Shown one piece after another: positions 37,283-48,600 of a stretch of DNA of 64,000 bases (positions are counted from its first letter, which is position 1; every line of letters begins with the position of its first letter). The notes below the pieces were generated by a model. It was not told the origin of the DNA. It did no database searches and saw nothing but the letters and a program-made list of their open reading frames with translations. The DNA is taken from assembly GCA_950097015.1 (NCBI GenBank), contig CATNEN010000003.1:10106001-10170000 (forward strand), read 5' to 3'. Source of the DNA: Macrostomum hystrix. Lineage: Eukaryota > Animalia > Platyhelminthes. A program made the translations under genes and the position numbers.

Positions 37283-37771
37283 TTAACTTGAATTGTACCG
37301 TGTCTCACCTGATTCCAACGCGGAGCCTGGCTTGTCGCTGACTCTCGCTGACCTGTTGTCCCGGTGCCCTGGCTGACTTCCCCAGTCGTTGCACAGCTGG
37401 TCAGGCAGTTCGTTGCACAGCAGGTCGTTCATAGGCACGTAGGCAATGAGGGTCAGCGAGCTTATGGGACAGCTGTCAAAGATGCGCTTACAGCTCTGGC
37501 GACAGATGGGATCCGCCATTGGGAGCTGCGGCTCCTGCGCCCCTGGTGGAAAGAAGCAGCGAAGGTCGCGCACTTTGCAGAAAATGTTGAGCACCTGGTC
37601 GTGGCAACTTTGCCCGCCGAAGCGATACGAAATGACTCCCCTGCAGGCATCCTTCACGGCTGAGTCTTGGCAAATGCGAACCAGCTGATTCGCCTGCGAC
37701 ATCGGATTCAGGCTGATTGGGGCCGCCATCAGCAAAGTGAGGAGCAGAGTTAGAAGCGGCAATGAAGCCAT
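37283..37771 (-). CDS. Small secreted protein with a Frizzled-type cysteine-rich domain (3' end may be spliced at G|GTGAG near 37309)
   Basis: signal-like MASLPLLTLLLTLLMAA; 10 Cys including PICRQSCKRIFDSC and LCNELPDQLC; TATAAAA on the minus strand at about 37926-37932. Confidence 0.62.
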   Translation of the reverse strand: MASLPLLTLLLTLLMAAPISLNPMSQANQLVRICQDSAVKDACRGVISYRFGGQSCHDQVLNIFCKVRDLRCFFPPGAQEPQLPMADPICRQSCKRIFDSCPISSLTLIAYVPMNDLLCNELPDQLCNDWGSQPGHRDNRSARVSDKPGSALESGETRYNSS

Positions 37772-37959
37772 GCTGAACTGTCGCGCTAAGAGCGGCTGCC
37801 ACAAACGTCTGTTCGCTCCTAAGCCCTTGATTCTGTCTATTTATGCTCGTGCGAAAACTGCCAGCAACCACTTTTAAGTAAGGAAAGTGATTCCGTGGGC
37901 GGGCTCTGCGGATACGCGTACCTAATTTTATAGATTGAGAGATCCTCATTGCCCCTTGC

Positions 37960-37963
37960 CGCA

Positions 37964-37997
<34 letters not shown>
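37960..37997. repeat. (GCC)n microsatellite
   Basis: about 12 GCC triplets upstream of the CRD gene. Confidence 0.9.
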
Positions 37998-37998
<1 letters not shown>

Positions 37999-39563
37999 CT
38001 CCACTCGCTGGCTATATCCCCTTCCTCCCTTGTTAACAGGAGCTCTTTTACGACCCTAAGGCTGGCCTCCCCAATTTGGGACATTGCTGTTGCGGCCGAT
38101 AGCCCAGTTTTTTACGATCTCTGCTTCTTTCAGTGCGAGAGCCGCTCCAGACCGAGTGAAAACTTGCCAAAATGCCTGCACCAATTGGTTAACCTCGTCC
38201 AGACGATGTGAATAGGCTGCCTGGGTCATTCTACATCTCCAGACACGTTTTATTGTCGACTAAGGCTGTTTATTATTGGCTATACTTTGGCCTCTCAAAA
38301 CTTGCCTCTCGTTGTCTAATGCCAAATTAGCACCCTGGACCTGACACATATCGCCAGATAGTGCACAATCACACTCGTTTCTCCAATTATTGTCACTATT
38401 AGTCACGCTATATTAGTTGAGCCTATTGCTAATAAGATCTCTGCACCGCGAACAATAAAGATTTTTGCCGACAAAGAGGATAAAAGAGATTTCGGCGCGG
38501 CATATTTGGCGAGGGAATGACCGCTTTATCTATACGCTGATCTCCGCCCGCAGACATGGGTCAAACCGTAACACATGGCTTTCAACACTTGCACATTCAA
38601 TCTTCCCTGTTTTCGTTTTAATCCTATATAGCTCCTTATTATTTTACCGCCCATACAAGTGGCACCAGCGCGAATGAGGCTACGAGCTACTGCAGACACA
38701 CATCCCGCCCGAGACACAAAAACGAAAGTGCAACCAAGTTGACGTCAAGCGTCCCTTTCTTGAAAAGCGATTCCATAAACGGGTGTGCATGTACTAAAAG
38801 TTATAAAGCCACCATTTTATGACAAATCATTAAAAATTACTTGCCAAGCTAAATGAAGGCTTCTGATGGGAAATAAATCCCATTTTACCATGGGTAAGCT
38901 AGAAAATTAGTTTTTTTCTAATCCTATATAGACTAGTTAGAACATTGTTTGCTAATTATCGAATATATGGCGACAAAAACACTCGAAATGATTCTCAAAC
39001 TCGATTGACGTCTCTTAAGCAAACATTTAACAGCAGAACGACCCCGGGGGTATTTCAAATTCCCAAATTTACATTCTGCATGTTTCTTCCAAAATATTCA
39101 ACCAATCGTGAGGAAAATGCGCTGAAAGTTTCCACTCAATCCAATTAAACAGCTTCCAGAATCACTGTTCGGCATCGTCGAGATTTTCAACGATTCTCAT
39201 CTCGTTGGGGTGTCTGACGGCAAAAACCTCCAAATATCGACATAATTTTTCTGCTAACAAAATTTCATAGTGCAGCCATCATGTCGGCTATCATTGTTGA
39301 CTGTTTCGGATTTATAAAATTGGTAATTTTTTCATCAGCTAAATTGTGCCAACAAATGCATCAGTTAAGCATTGTCATTATAGGATCAAACTGGCAGGTG
39401 CCACTCGTTTATTTTAAAAAGCAACAAGAATTATTAAAGACTGGCGTTTCACCTGCTATATAGATTGGGACAGACAAAGTTTTTTCCAGTATAGCTAAAG
39501 AGCTCAGAGAAAATAAACGATATATTCCCATAGTGTGGATTGGGGATTGAGGAATTGAAGGCG

Positions 39564-40773
39564 ATGAATTCACTGCGACCCGCAGCACTTGTGCTCTCAA
39601 TCGGGCATCCTTGGTTACTATGCCTTATCATCTTCGTGTCCACAGACACAGTTTCTACTGTCAAGCTGTCATTCGAGAGCAGCAGGCAGTGCCCCACTGC
39701 AGCCGCCTCTCTGCTGGCTCAGAGGCTGGCCAGCAGGCTGCAGTGCGCCGCTGTCTGCAGTCAGCAGCCCCGATGCAACGCGTTCCACTTTGACCAGCCC
39801 AACAACAAGTGCTACCTCGGAGACGCGTGTTCCGAGCTCGCTCAGTGGACTGCCGGTGACTGCGACTCTTACAAGTACACCGATGTGCTGTGTGGAGACT
39901 GCGGTGAGTTGCACAGCTGAGGTGTCACTCTGGCTGCACTGGCTGCATGCCAATCCCATCAGTGCATTGGAGTCACTCAGTCACCAAGCTGAGCATTCAC
40001 GCACGCATTTCAGATGCGGCCAAGCCCGTGTTCAGCCAGCTGCAGATGAAGATGTTCTACAAGTTCTCTCGGAGCGGTCTGGTCAATGAGGTCAACCCGA
40101 GACTGTTCTGCCTCACGGCTCACAATGTGACCATAGATGGCAATGGAGCTCAGTTCAAAGGCCAATCTGGCTCCTATCTGAGCACTAAGACTCCTGACTT
40201 CTGGAAATTTTTTACTTACGGAAAAGAATATTCTGCATTTATTCGAGTCAAGCACAAATTAGATTCTGGGTACGATCGAGAAGAGCATAAATGAAATAGT
40301 ATTTTCTTTCACACTGGGGCATATGATCATGACTAATGCTCCAACACGATTTCAGAAATCAGTTCTATCACAGGTTTCAGCATTCCAACGGCAGCTTCGG
40401 TAATAGTTTCGCCAAGCTGGATTCATTCTTCTTCAACATCGGCTTCATGGCGCCTATTGTTAGTGACAAAGCCTTGACGTCGGATTCACTGCACGACCTG
40501 CCCACTGACGGCTTGCAGAGAGAATTTTCAGCCGGGTTCTCTTTCAACGGGACAGCTCATCGGTACTTCTACAATAATGATGCCTTCGGTACTTTCCATT
40601 CGGCCCTGATACCAGCTTCATATTCACATAGCTTTTTCCAGTGCTTGAATCTCGGCCACTCACCAATAGCCGATTCATTCTGTCTTAACGGCATCATGTA
40701 CTGTTACGGATTCAGCACTAAAGCCTGGAGTTTGGATGACTACAATGGAATTAGTCAGATATGCCTGGACTGA
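39564..40773 (+). CDS. Secreted PAN/apple domain plus concanavalin-A/LamG-like protein; exons 39564-39903, 40014-40269, 40356-40773
   Basis: hydrophobic N-terminus, SRLQCAAVCSQQPRCNAFHF..CYL (PAN), GAQFKGQSGSYL, AGFSFNGT..YFYN, LNG.MYC; splice phases 1 and 2 join the three ORFs. Confidence 0.72.
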
Positions 40774-41005
40774 TCTTGCACTGAACTGATTTCAAATATT
40801 TTTTAAGAATCGTCTTAGTTATCCATTTATTCTTTCTGTCAGTAGTCTATGTCCGTACACAGACTTCGCTGTTGACATGCGAAAAATTAAAGGAGGCAAA
40901 TCGATCGTAAAAACTTGAATAGCGAGCCTTTCAAAAAGTACATAGAAGAGAGAAAATTCAAGTGCATCGCTCAAGAGAGGTGAAAATAGAATGCCCCGGT
41001 GTGAT

Positions 41006-41944
41006 TTAAAAAAAGCGAGCGGCTACTAAAAAATATATAATGATTAAAAAGAAAGCAACAACCTGGCTAGTTTCAGAACCCAGATTACACTGCACTGCCT
41101 TGTCAATCATTTCCGGATTCTCGCTTCGTTGAAACTTCACCAAATACCTCGGAGCTGCTTGCTCAGCCCTGTACACGATGTACTCATCATTGATAACTCC
41201 GCCGACTGTTTTTGACTTTCTCCTCGCGAATACTGAGTCATATCCAGCATTTGTGACGTTTTCGGAATTAAGCGAACCATTGGCCGTTGTACACACCATG
41301 GTTCGTCCAAGTGCCACCTCACACACCAGAAGATATTTGACGCCATCATCGCGACAGTACTGGGCACTCTTCGTGCTGTCAGTGGCAAAGTAGATCCCTG
41401 CTCCGAACATGCCGCCCTGACCTACTTTGAATCCGTCTTTGATGATTCTCTCAGCACTGTCTCTGGTTGTGCCGTGAATGAGCAGCTCTGGCTGGCAGTT
41501 CTTGTGCAGCCGTTGGATGGTATTTTGGAGCCTCGTATCCAGCATGGGGTTCTGAATCCTTTCGATAGACTGAATGTGGATTTGCATTCTGTGCTCCGGC
41601 TTCATGTATCGCTCAATCCTGTCCTTGACCTTGAAGTACTCCTGCACAGTTTCTTGGTTGTCCTCGGTGAGTTCAACGCGTTGGAGACGAAGTAAAGCCT
41701 AAAAAATGAGAAATTACGAATTTCGAAAGCTAGATTCCTATCTCACTCAAGTCTCAAACACTCAGTCTGATAAGTTACGAGTACCAGAGTATCATGATGT
41801 AAATCGAGAAATCTGAGCAGTAAATTTACATGTGTAATATCGGCCCTAGAGGACTACGCTTTTTGTATTTCTAGTTTTAAAGCATACCTGTTCTGGGACG
41901 ATGTGCACCTCTTCTTGCACCGACAGACCCAAATAGTTTCCCAT
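41006..41944 (-). CDS. Stand-alone PARP-type ADP-ribosyltransferase A; exons 41944-41888, 41698-41006
   Basis: LLIHGT, GGMFGAGIYFATDSTKSAQY, LLVCEVALG, GYDSV, DEYIVY (H-Y-E triad); phase-0 intron. Confidence 0.88.
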
Positions 41945-43238
41945 TATAGCGTTGAGTATATCTTAGCGAATTTTTAAACGTTGCGCTTATAATACGTGCA
42001 ATGCGGTTAAGATACTAATTACAAATAATTACGCTTAACTAATATGAATCTTCTTAATTGATAAAACTAATATGGATCCTTATAAAGCGGTACTTCTAAT
42101 ATATATGTACATAGCTGAACAGTGCAAACTGGCTTTAGCTCTGTGTCAGCTTTGCTCTAAATATTTAAGAAATGAAAAAGAAGTTTTACTTACCTCTTTC
42201 ACAAAACGTTATACAGCTTCCAAACTTTGGTGTACACTTACTAATGTTTAAATGGTCACAAAAGAATGTACAGTCGTGCATTCTGGCCTCAAGAATAGTT
42301 GCGTAAAACCATCTTGATTTGCTATTAATACTTTTAGCAATTGTATGTTTCGCACCTATACTTACCTTAAGGTAGAACAGCCTCTTTAAATGTCAATAAA
42401 AATTCTTTGTTGGACCCAAAAGCGCTGGCAGTCTTCAGAGTGACAGAACAAATAATGAATTGGAGAAAGCCATATTTATGCGCGAAATGGGCATGGCATT
42501 ACAGGAAAACAAAAGATACAAATAATTTACGCAACAATACGAGGGTGGAGTGGTTAAACATAATTAAACTGGGTTTTTCATAATTATGAAAAAATTATGA
42601 AGGCCCAGGCAGTCCAGGCCCACGGGCTATGGCCTGCGATGCCTCACACCTGCAGTCGCTTTTTGAGCAGGCCGGGCAGGAAGGAGACCTGTGCCTTCGG
42701 GTACAGGAATCCCTCCGCGCTGTCCCGTCAGCTGACCCATGGGTACACGTCCCGCGAGTGTTCAAGGCTGACCCTAGGGCAGCCGGACAGAATGGGCAAC
42801 AGCGCTGGATGACCCATCCAGGGCCTCCGGCCAAACTGGGTACCTCTAGCCCCGGCTGGAGGGAAAGGTGTCACCCTTTGACCTTAACAGGGTATGCGGC
42901 CAGTCCGCAGCGTTCGTGCACCTGTGCGTGATCAGGTACCTCTGGCTACGGCTCTGAGGGAAAGGTGTCACCCTCTGACCTTAACAGGGTATGCGGCCAG
43001 TCCGCAGGCCTCGGCGCTGGCCAAAAAGCGCCCTCTAATGTCCCAGTGTTGACCGTGCTGATGGACGCTTGACCAGGGAGTAGTCTGGCCTCCTACGGTT
43101 CCTCCCGGTGGTCCTGGCATCCCACCCCGGGTTGTAACTTGTCTTTTTTGGCTGCCCCCGCTCAGCTTTGGGATCGCGGCTGAGCGGGTTATTCCTGCCT
43201 GTGTCTACAGGAAGCCCCTCTCCTCATTGCAGCTTCAA

Positions 43239-44786
43239 ATGGCTTCCAGCCTACCTACTGCTCCGGCCGAGGACACCATGGTGCCCGAGGCCATACACGC
43301 TGCGGCGCCCGGGCTAGCTGGCCCCGCGACCGCCACAAATACCGCGCTGCCCAACTCGCGCGATGACCGGGGCGCTAAGCGCTCCTCAACCTCTGGAGCG
43401 GCAAAGCGTCGTAGGCGCTTAATGGCCCACGGCAAGCCGGCTCCATCGACCGAGGACCGGGCCCAGACCAGAGGGGCCGAAGGGGCTCTGCCTAGGGCGG
43501 GGGCTGGGGCGGGGGGCCTTGCGCCTCCTGCCCAGGCTCCTGCACGGGGCGGAGCCCACGACGCCCCGAGGCCAGGGTCGCGGGCCAAGGAGGTCCCGGC
43601 GCCCATCCGGACGGCGGCTCGGCCTGAAGGAGAAGCGGAGGCAGAGGGCCCTGTGCCCACCGCCGACGCTGATCCCGAGGGTGGGGTCGCCACCGGACAG
43701 GGCCCGGGACCACATGCCACCTACGCCGCCATCGCACGTAGGCAACCTGCCGTTGTCATCACCGGCAGAGACGGAAAAAGGCTGAGCAGCGAACAGCTCA
43801 GCAACATTTGCCGCAACATAGATGCTATGCTGTGGCAACTCCAACTGAAGGGCGAGCCCCTGGCGGTCGGCGCAAGCGCTACCAGGGAATCGTGCTTCGT
43901 CGTCTGGCCCGGCGACGCGGAATCAGGGCGGCGGCTCCTTGAGTTGCTGCCCACGCAGAGCTGGGCGGCTGGCCTCGACTTCCTCCGGGAGAACGAGCCA
44001 CCAAAGACCAAGCGACACCGCATTTTCGTCCCGGCGAAAAGTGTCGTCACCAGCGCTGAGGACCTCCGCATGGGCCTCATCGCGATGAGCCGGGAGCTGC
44101 CGACAGCGGGCCTGATCGTGCACCGCACGATCCTGCGCCCCGATGGCACCGGGTTCACCGCCATTCTGGGCTTGTCCGAGCAATGGACACGCCGATACCC
44201 AGATGGCGCCAACATCTGCATTGGTCTGTGGAAGACCAAAATCTTCGCCTTCGAGGCAGATAAAACTCGAGGTCAGACCGGGCCCACCACCGTACCGGCC
44301 ACTGAAGGGTCCTCGGACCCCGAGGTTGGGACTGGGGGCAGGGCCCAGTCGTCTCGCCAAAAAAGGCCAGAGCGTGCCATCGCTGGCAGCTCTGAGCGTC
44401 GCCCCGCGCGCATCACAAAGCGCCGGGGCCTTCTCCAGCGGGCCTCCGAGGTGGTGCGAACCGCCAGGATGGCCCAGCTGCGCGCTGAGATGCGCGGTGG
44501 CCCACCGGGGCAGGCGCCGCAACCAAGGGCTACGGGGGAGGCCTCTAAGGTGCCCAGCTCCATCGAGCAGGGCCCTTCGAGCGCCCCTCCCACGGCCCAG
44601 GGTGCGGTGTCGGCACCGGTTGAGGGTGACTCTGGGCCTGGGCTCGGGGCCGGGGGTGGGGACTGGGCGGCTGACCCCGTCGAGTTCCCGCCTCTGGCTC
44701 GGGGCCGGGGCACGGAGGAGCCCATGGCTACCGACATCGACCCGGAGGAGGAGGACCGCCTTCTGGCTGAGTCCCCCTCCAAGTAG
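43239..44786 (+). CDS. LINE ORF1 (gag-like, no zinc knuckle)
   Basis: open 515-aa frame with GAAKRRRR and TYAAIA, directly upstream of the APE ORF. Confidence 0.8.
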   Translation: MASSLPTAPAEDTMVPEAIHAAAPGLAGPATATNTALPNSRDDRGAKRSSTSGAAKRRRRLMAHGKPAPSTEDRAQTRGAEGALPRAGAGAGGLAPPAQAPARGGAHDAPRPGSRAKEVPAPIRTAARPEGEAEAEGPVPTADADPEGGVATGQGPGPHATYAAIARRQPAVVITGRDGKRLSSEQLSNICRNIDAMLWQLQLKGEPLAVGASATRESCFVVWPGDAESGRRLLELLPTQSWAAGLDFLRENEPPKTKRHRIFVPAKSVVTSAEDLRMGLIAMSRELPTAGLIVHRTILRPDGTGFTAILGLSEQWTRRYPDGANICIGLWKTKIFAFEADKTRGQTGPTTVPATEGSSDPEVGTGGRAQSSRQKRPERAIAGSSERRPARITKRRGLLQRASEVVRTARMAQLRAEMRGGPPGQAPQPRATGEASKVPSSIEQGPSSAPPTAQGAVSAPVEGDSGPGLGAGGGDWAADPVEFPPLARGRGTEEPMATDIDPEEEDRLLAESPSK

Positions 44787-44798
44787 ACCTCTGCCTGC

Positions 44799-45657
44799 AT
44801 GATGATCCCCGGAATATCATGTCTGCAAGTTAACACCCAGCACTGCGTGGCAGCATCAGTCAATCTGATGCGCACGACAGAGCGCACGATGCCGGGCCTT
44901 GTACTTGTGCAGGAGCCCTGGTTATCAAAAAACAAGCCAAGTAACATTCCTGCTGGCTATGACTGCTTCTGCATGGCAGACTCTGTCCGCCCTAGATCAC
45001 TGATCTATGCTGCAAAAGCCTTAAATGCGTGGATGAGACCCGATCTCTCTAACGGGGACATCTGCGTCATCCAATCTGCACACATTGTGCCCAACAAGTT
45101 GACCCTCGTGGCATCCGCCTACCTGGCAGGCGACGCCCCCGTGGTCAGCGATACCCTCGTCGCCCTCTGTGATTTCGCCAGGGCACGAAATTTTGAGCTG
45201 CTCCTCGCGGGAGATGCAAACTCGCATCACACCCACTGGGGTAGCTCAAAAATCAATGACCGCGGCGAAGAGCTCCTGGCCTTCGTTAGCGGCACGCCTC
45301 TTAACTTCTGCAATGTGGGCAACACGCCCACGTTCGACAATGGGCGGTGGGCTGAGGTGCTTGACGTCACCCTGGCCTCACCCGGCATCCTCCCAAGGGT
45401 GCTGGGGTGGGAGGTGTGGGAGACCGAAAGCTCGCTCTCGGACCACCGCTTCATTCGCTTCAACATCGGTACCCCCGATAAGAAGCAAAAGCCTATTTGG
45501 AGGCGTAATGTCAGAAACACCGACTGGCCCGTGTTCAGCCAAAAGCTGCATGAGGGCCTTCGGGATTCCGACCCCTCCATGGCCATGGCAACCACGCAGG
45601 ACCTAGATGGAGTGGCTGCCCTGCTGGGCGGCGCCATCACAGAGGCCTACGAAATGG
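44799..45657 (+). pseudogene. LINE ORF2 5' part (APE endonuclease), cut by the LTR insertion
   Basis: removing the LTR element and one TSD copy restores EAYEM|ACPLK in frame. Confidence 0.92.
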
Positions 45658-48600
45658 TGTTGTGCAGTTGATTAATGCACGTACATAGTTCGTACATGTA
45701 CACCTCTGATATCGATTGGCGCAGAATATATATAGTCCAATAACTGAGAGCCAACTTGGCGTGAAAGTTTCGGATACTAACTTGGCTGACTCGCTACTAT
45801 TCATTTACAACATTGGCATCGCAAGCTCAAGCGAACACCCACCCCAATAAGCCGGGGTCGGAGTAGACTGAAGTGAAGTGACTGCAAGCCTGCAAAGCCA
45901 AGCGTAAACAACAGCGCCAAACTGCAAAAGTGCAAACTGAAACATGACGAGTGACAGAAACTCAGCAGAAGCGCCGCGGATCAGCGTATCGCCGCCGGAT
46001 CAATTCCTGCCGCAGCCGGGCCGACCGGCGAGGCCGTGGAAAGAGTGGAAGGCCCTCTTTGAGAACTACTTACTTGCGGCCGGCTACGACACTTTGCCGG
46101 AAGCGAGGAGGCGCGCGCTGTTGCTGCACTGCCTTGGCGCGGAAGGGCAGCGAGTCTTTGCGGCTGTGGCAGCAACGAAGAGGCCGAGTCCGACAGAACT
46201 CGCGGCGACAGTCGCGATTCTGGACGAGCAGTTCGGAGCCAAAGTCAACGTGGTGGCGGAGCGCCACAAGTTTCGGCAGCGCAGTCAGCGTCCGGGTGAA
46301 AAGATTGCGGACTTTGTGGCGGCTCTGTATGCTCTGGCTGGCTCATGTGAGTTCCGCGACATGATGGAAGAAATGATCCGCGACCAGATCGTGGAGAAGG
46401 TCAGCGACAGGCGAATTCGAGAGCGCTTGCTGATCGAGGACGGCCTGACGCTGCAGAAGGCAGTGACGCTGAGCCAGCAATGGGAGACCAGCATCGCTGA
46501 GGCCAGCGCGATAGAGACGGAAGGCGCAGCCGCGGCCGGAGCACAGCTGGAAGAAGAGGTGAAGAGAGTCCGACTACAACCAGACAGGAAGAACACAGGA
46601 CAAGGGCGACCAGATCGAGAGTCATGCTCCAAGTGCGGAGGCGGGCACAACAGACGAGCCCGGTGTCCAGCTGAAGGCAAGAGTTGTCATGTCTGCGGGA
46701 GGGCGAACCATTTCGGCCGGATGTGCAGGTCGCAGGGCGCCAAGGTCGCCGAGGTCATGGACGAGAGCGGCCAAGCCGTGTACATGGTGCGCGGCGCCGC
46801 CAGTCCCGACATCCGCTGCCGGCTGAAGGTGCATGGCATCTGGCTGAATCTGCTTGTAGACTCGGGAGCCAAGGTGTCCATCCTGTCAGAGAGGACCTTC
46901 AGGAAGCTCGGAAACCGGTCGCCACTCCAGCCGTCGACCAAGAAACTCATCGCGTACAACGGCAAGGCAATCGATGTCGTCGGCGAGGCGGTGCTGTCCG
47001 TCAGCTATCGCGGCCAGCTGGTGCCATTTTTCTGCTTTACCGTGGTACGGCAAGGCTCCGACATCATGGGAACGGATCTGATGCAGCACCTCAGCTTCCA
47101 GGTGGTGGACAAGGACGGCGACCTCGTGCGCACAGTCGAAAAAACGGCAGAGCTACCGGTCTGGCTGGCCGAGCGCTTCAAGCCACTGACGCAGGGACTC
47201 GGGCGGATCCGAGGATTCGAGCACCGGCCCAGGCTGAACCCCGCCGTGCCCCCGGTGGCGCAATCGCGACGCCGCATCCCACTTAGCATCAAAGACAAAG
47301 TCCAGGCGGAGATTGACCAGCTGCTGGAGGATGACATCATCGAGGAGATCCAGGCTTCAGAGTGGATTTCGAACCTGGTGATCGTCCCGAAGCCTGATGG
47401 CAAAATCAGGGTCTGCAATGACCTCAGGTGCCCAAACAAGGCCATAGTTCCGGATAAGCAGCCGCTGCCGACATTCGAGGAGCTGACAACGGAGTTCAAG
47501 GGATCGACCGTGTTCACTAAGCTGGATTTAAATTCTTCGTATCTGCAGTTGGAGCTAGCAGAAGATAGGCGGGACTTAACGGCCTTCATTACGGAGAAAG
47601 GGCTGTACCGGTACAAGCGCGTATGCTATGGCCTAAACAGCGCCCCGGCGGCCTTCCAGAAAGTTCTCAGCAAGATTCTCCATGGCTGTTCCGGGACGCT
47701 GCACTACATCGACGACATAGTGGTGCACGCTGCCAACGAGGCGGAGCACCTGCGGCGGCTCACGACAGTGCTGGACAAGCTGCTCGCCCATGGCGTCACG
47801 CTCAACGCCTCAAAGTGCCAGTGGGCTGCAGAGACAGTGCAGTTCCTGGGCTATATCGTCTCCGCGAGAGGACTTCAGCCGATGCAGTCTAACGTTGAAG
47901 ACATCGAGGCGGTGCCGGAGCCCCAGAACGCCGAGGCAGTGGCCTCATTTCTGGGAATGGTTAAATTCTATTCCAACTTTCTGCACAACCTGTCCGACAT
48001 CGCCGAGCCGCTGCTGCTGCTACTTCGCAAAGAGCAGCCCTGGAACTGGACAACAGATTGCCAAAAGGCCTTTTGGAGGCTCAAGAAGATGGTGGTGTCC
48101 CCAACATGCTTGCGATTCTTCAGTCCCGACGACAAGATCATCGTGGCCTGCGACAGCTCCGCGCACGCTCTGGGGGCCGTGCTGATGCAAGACGACAGCG
48201 CCGGGGTTCGAAGACCAGTCGCTTTCGCGTCAAGGACCCTGTCAGCGACCGAGCGCAAGTACTCCGCATCAGAGAGAGAGGCTCTCGCGTGCATCTTCGC
48301 GTGCGAGAGATGGCACTATTTCCTGTTCGGCCGGAGATTCGAGCTGCACACGGACCACCAGGCTCTGACGACGCTGCTGACGGCTCAAGGCAGCGGCCAC
48401 CGGCCTCTGCGGCTTCATCGATGGGCCGACCGCCTGCTCGCGTACGACTTCCAAGTCTGCCACGTTCCTGGCAAGAAGAACATCGTGCCAGATTTTTTGT
48501 CGCGCCACGGCGCTCTCGAAGGAAAATGCCCAAGGCAAAGCGAAGAGGACTCGACCGAGCTCCAAGTGAATGCCGTACTGCTGTCGGGCGCGCTGGAGAT

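Noticed and set aside
39540-40773. Apparent frameshifted pseudogene
   Set aside because: Two short GT-AG introns with matching phases join the ORFs cleanly
42836-42890. Twister ribozyme reading of the LINE leader module
   Set aside because: L4 is too long, no UAA in L1, P2 strands do not pair, and the second copy does not fit
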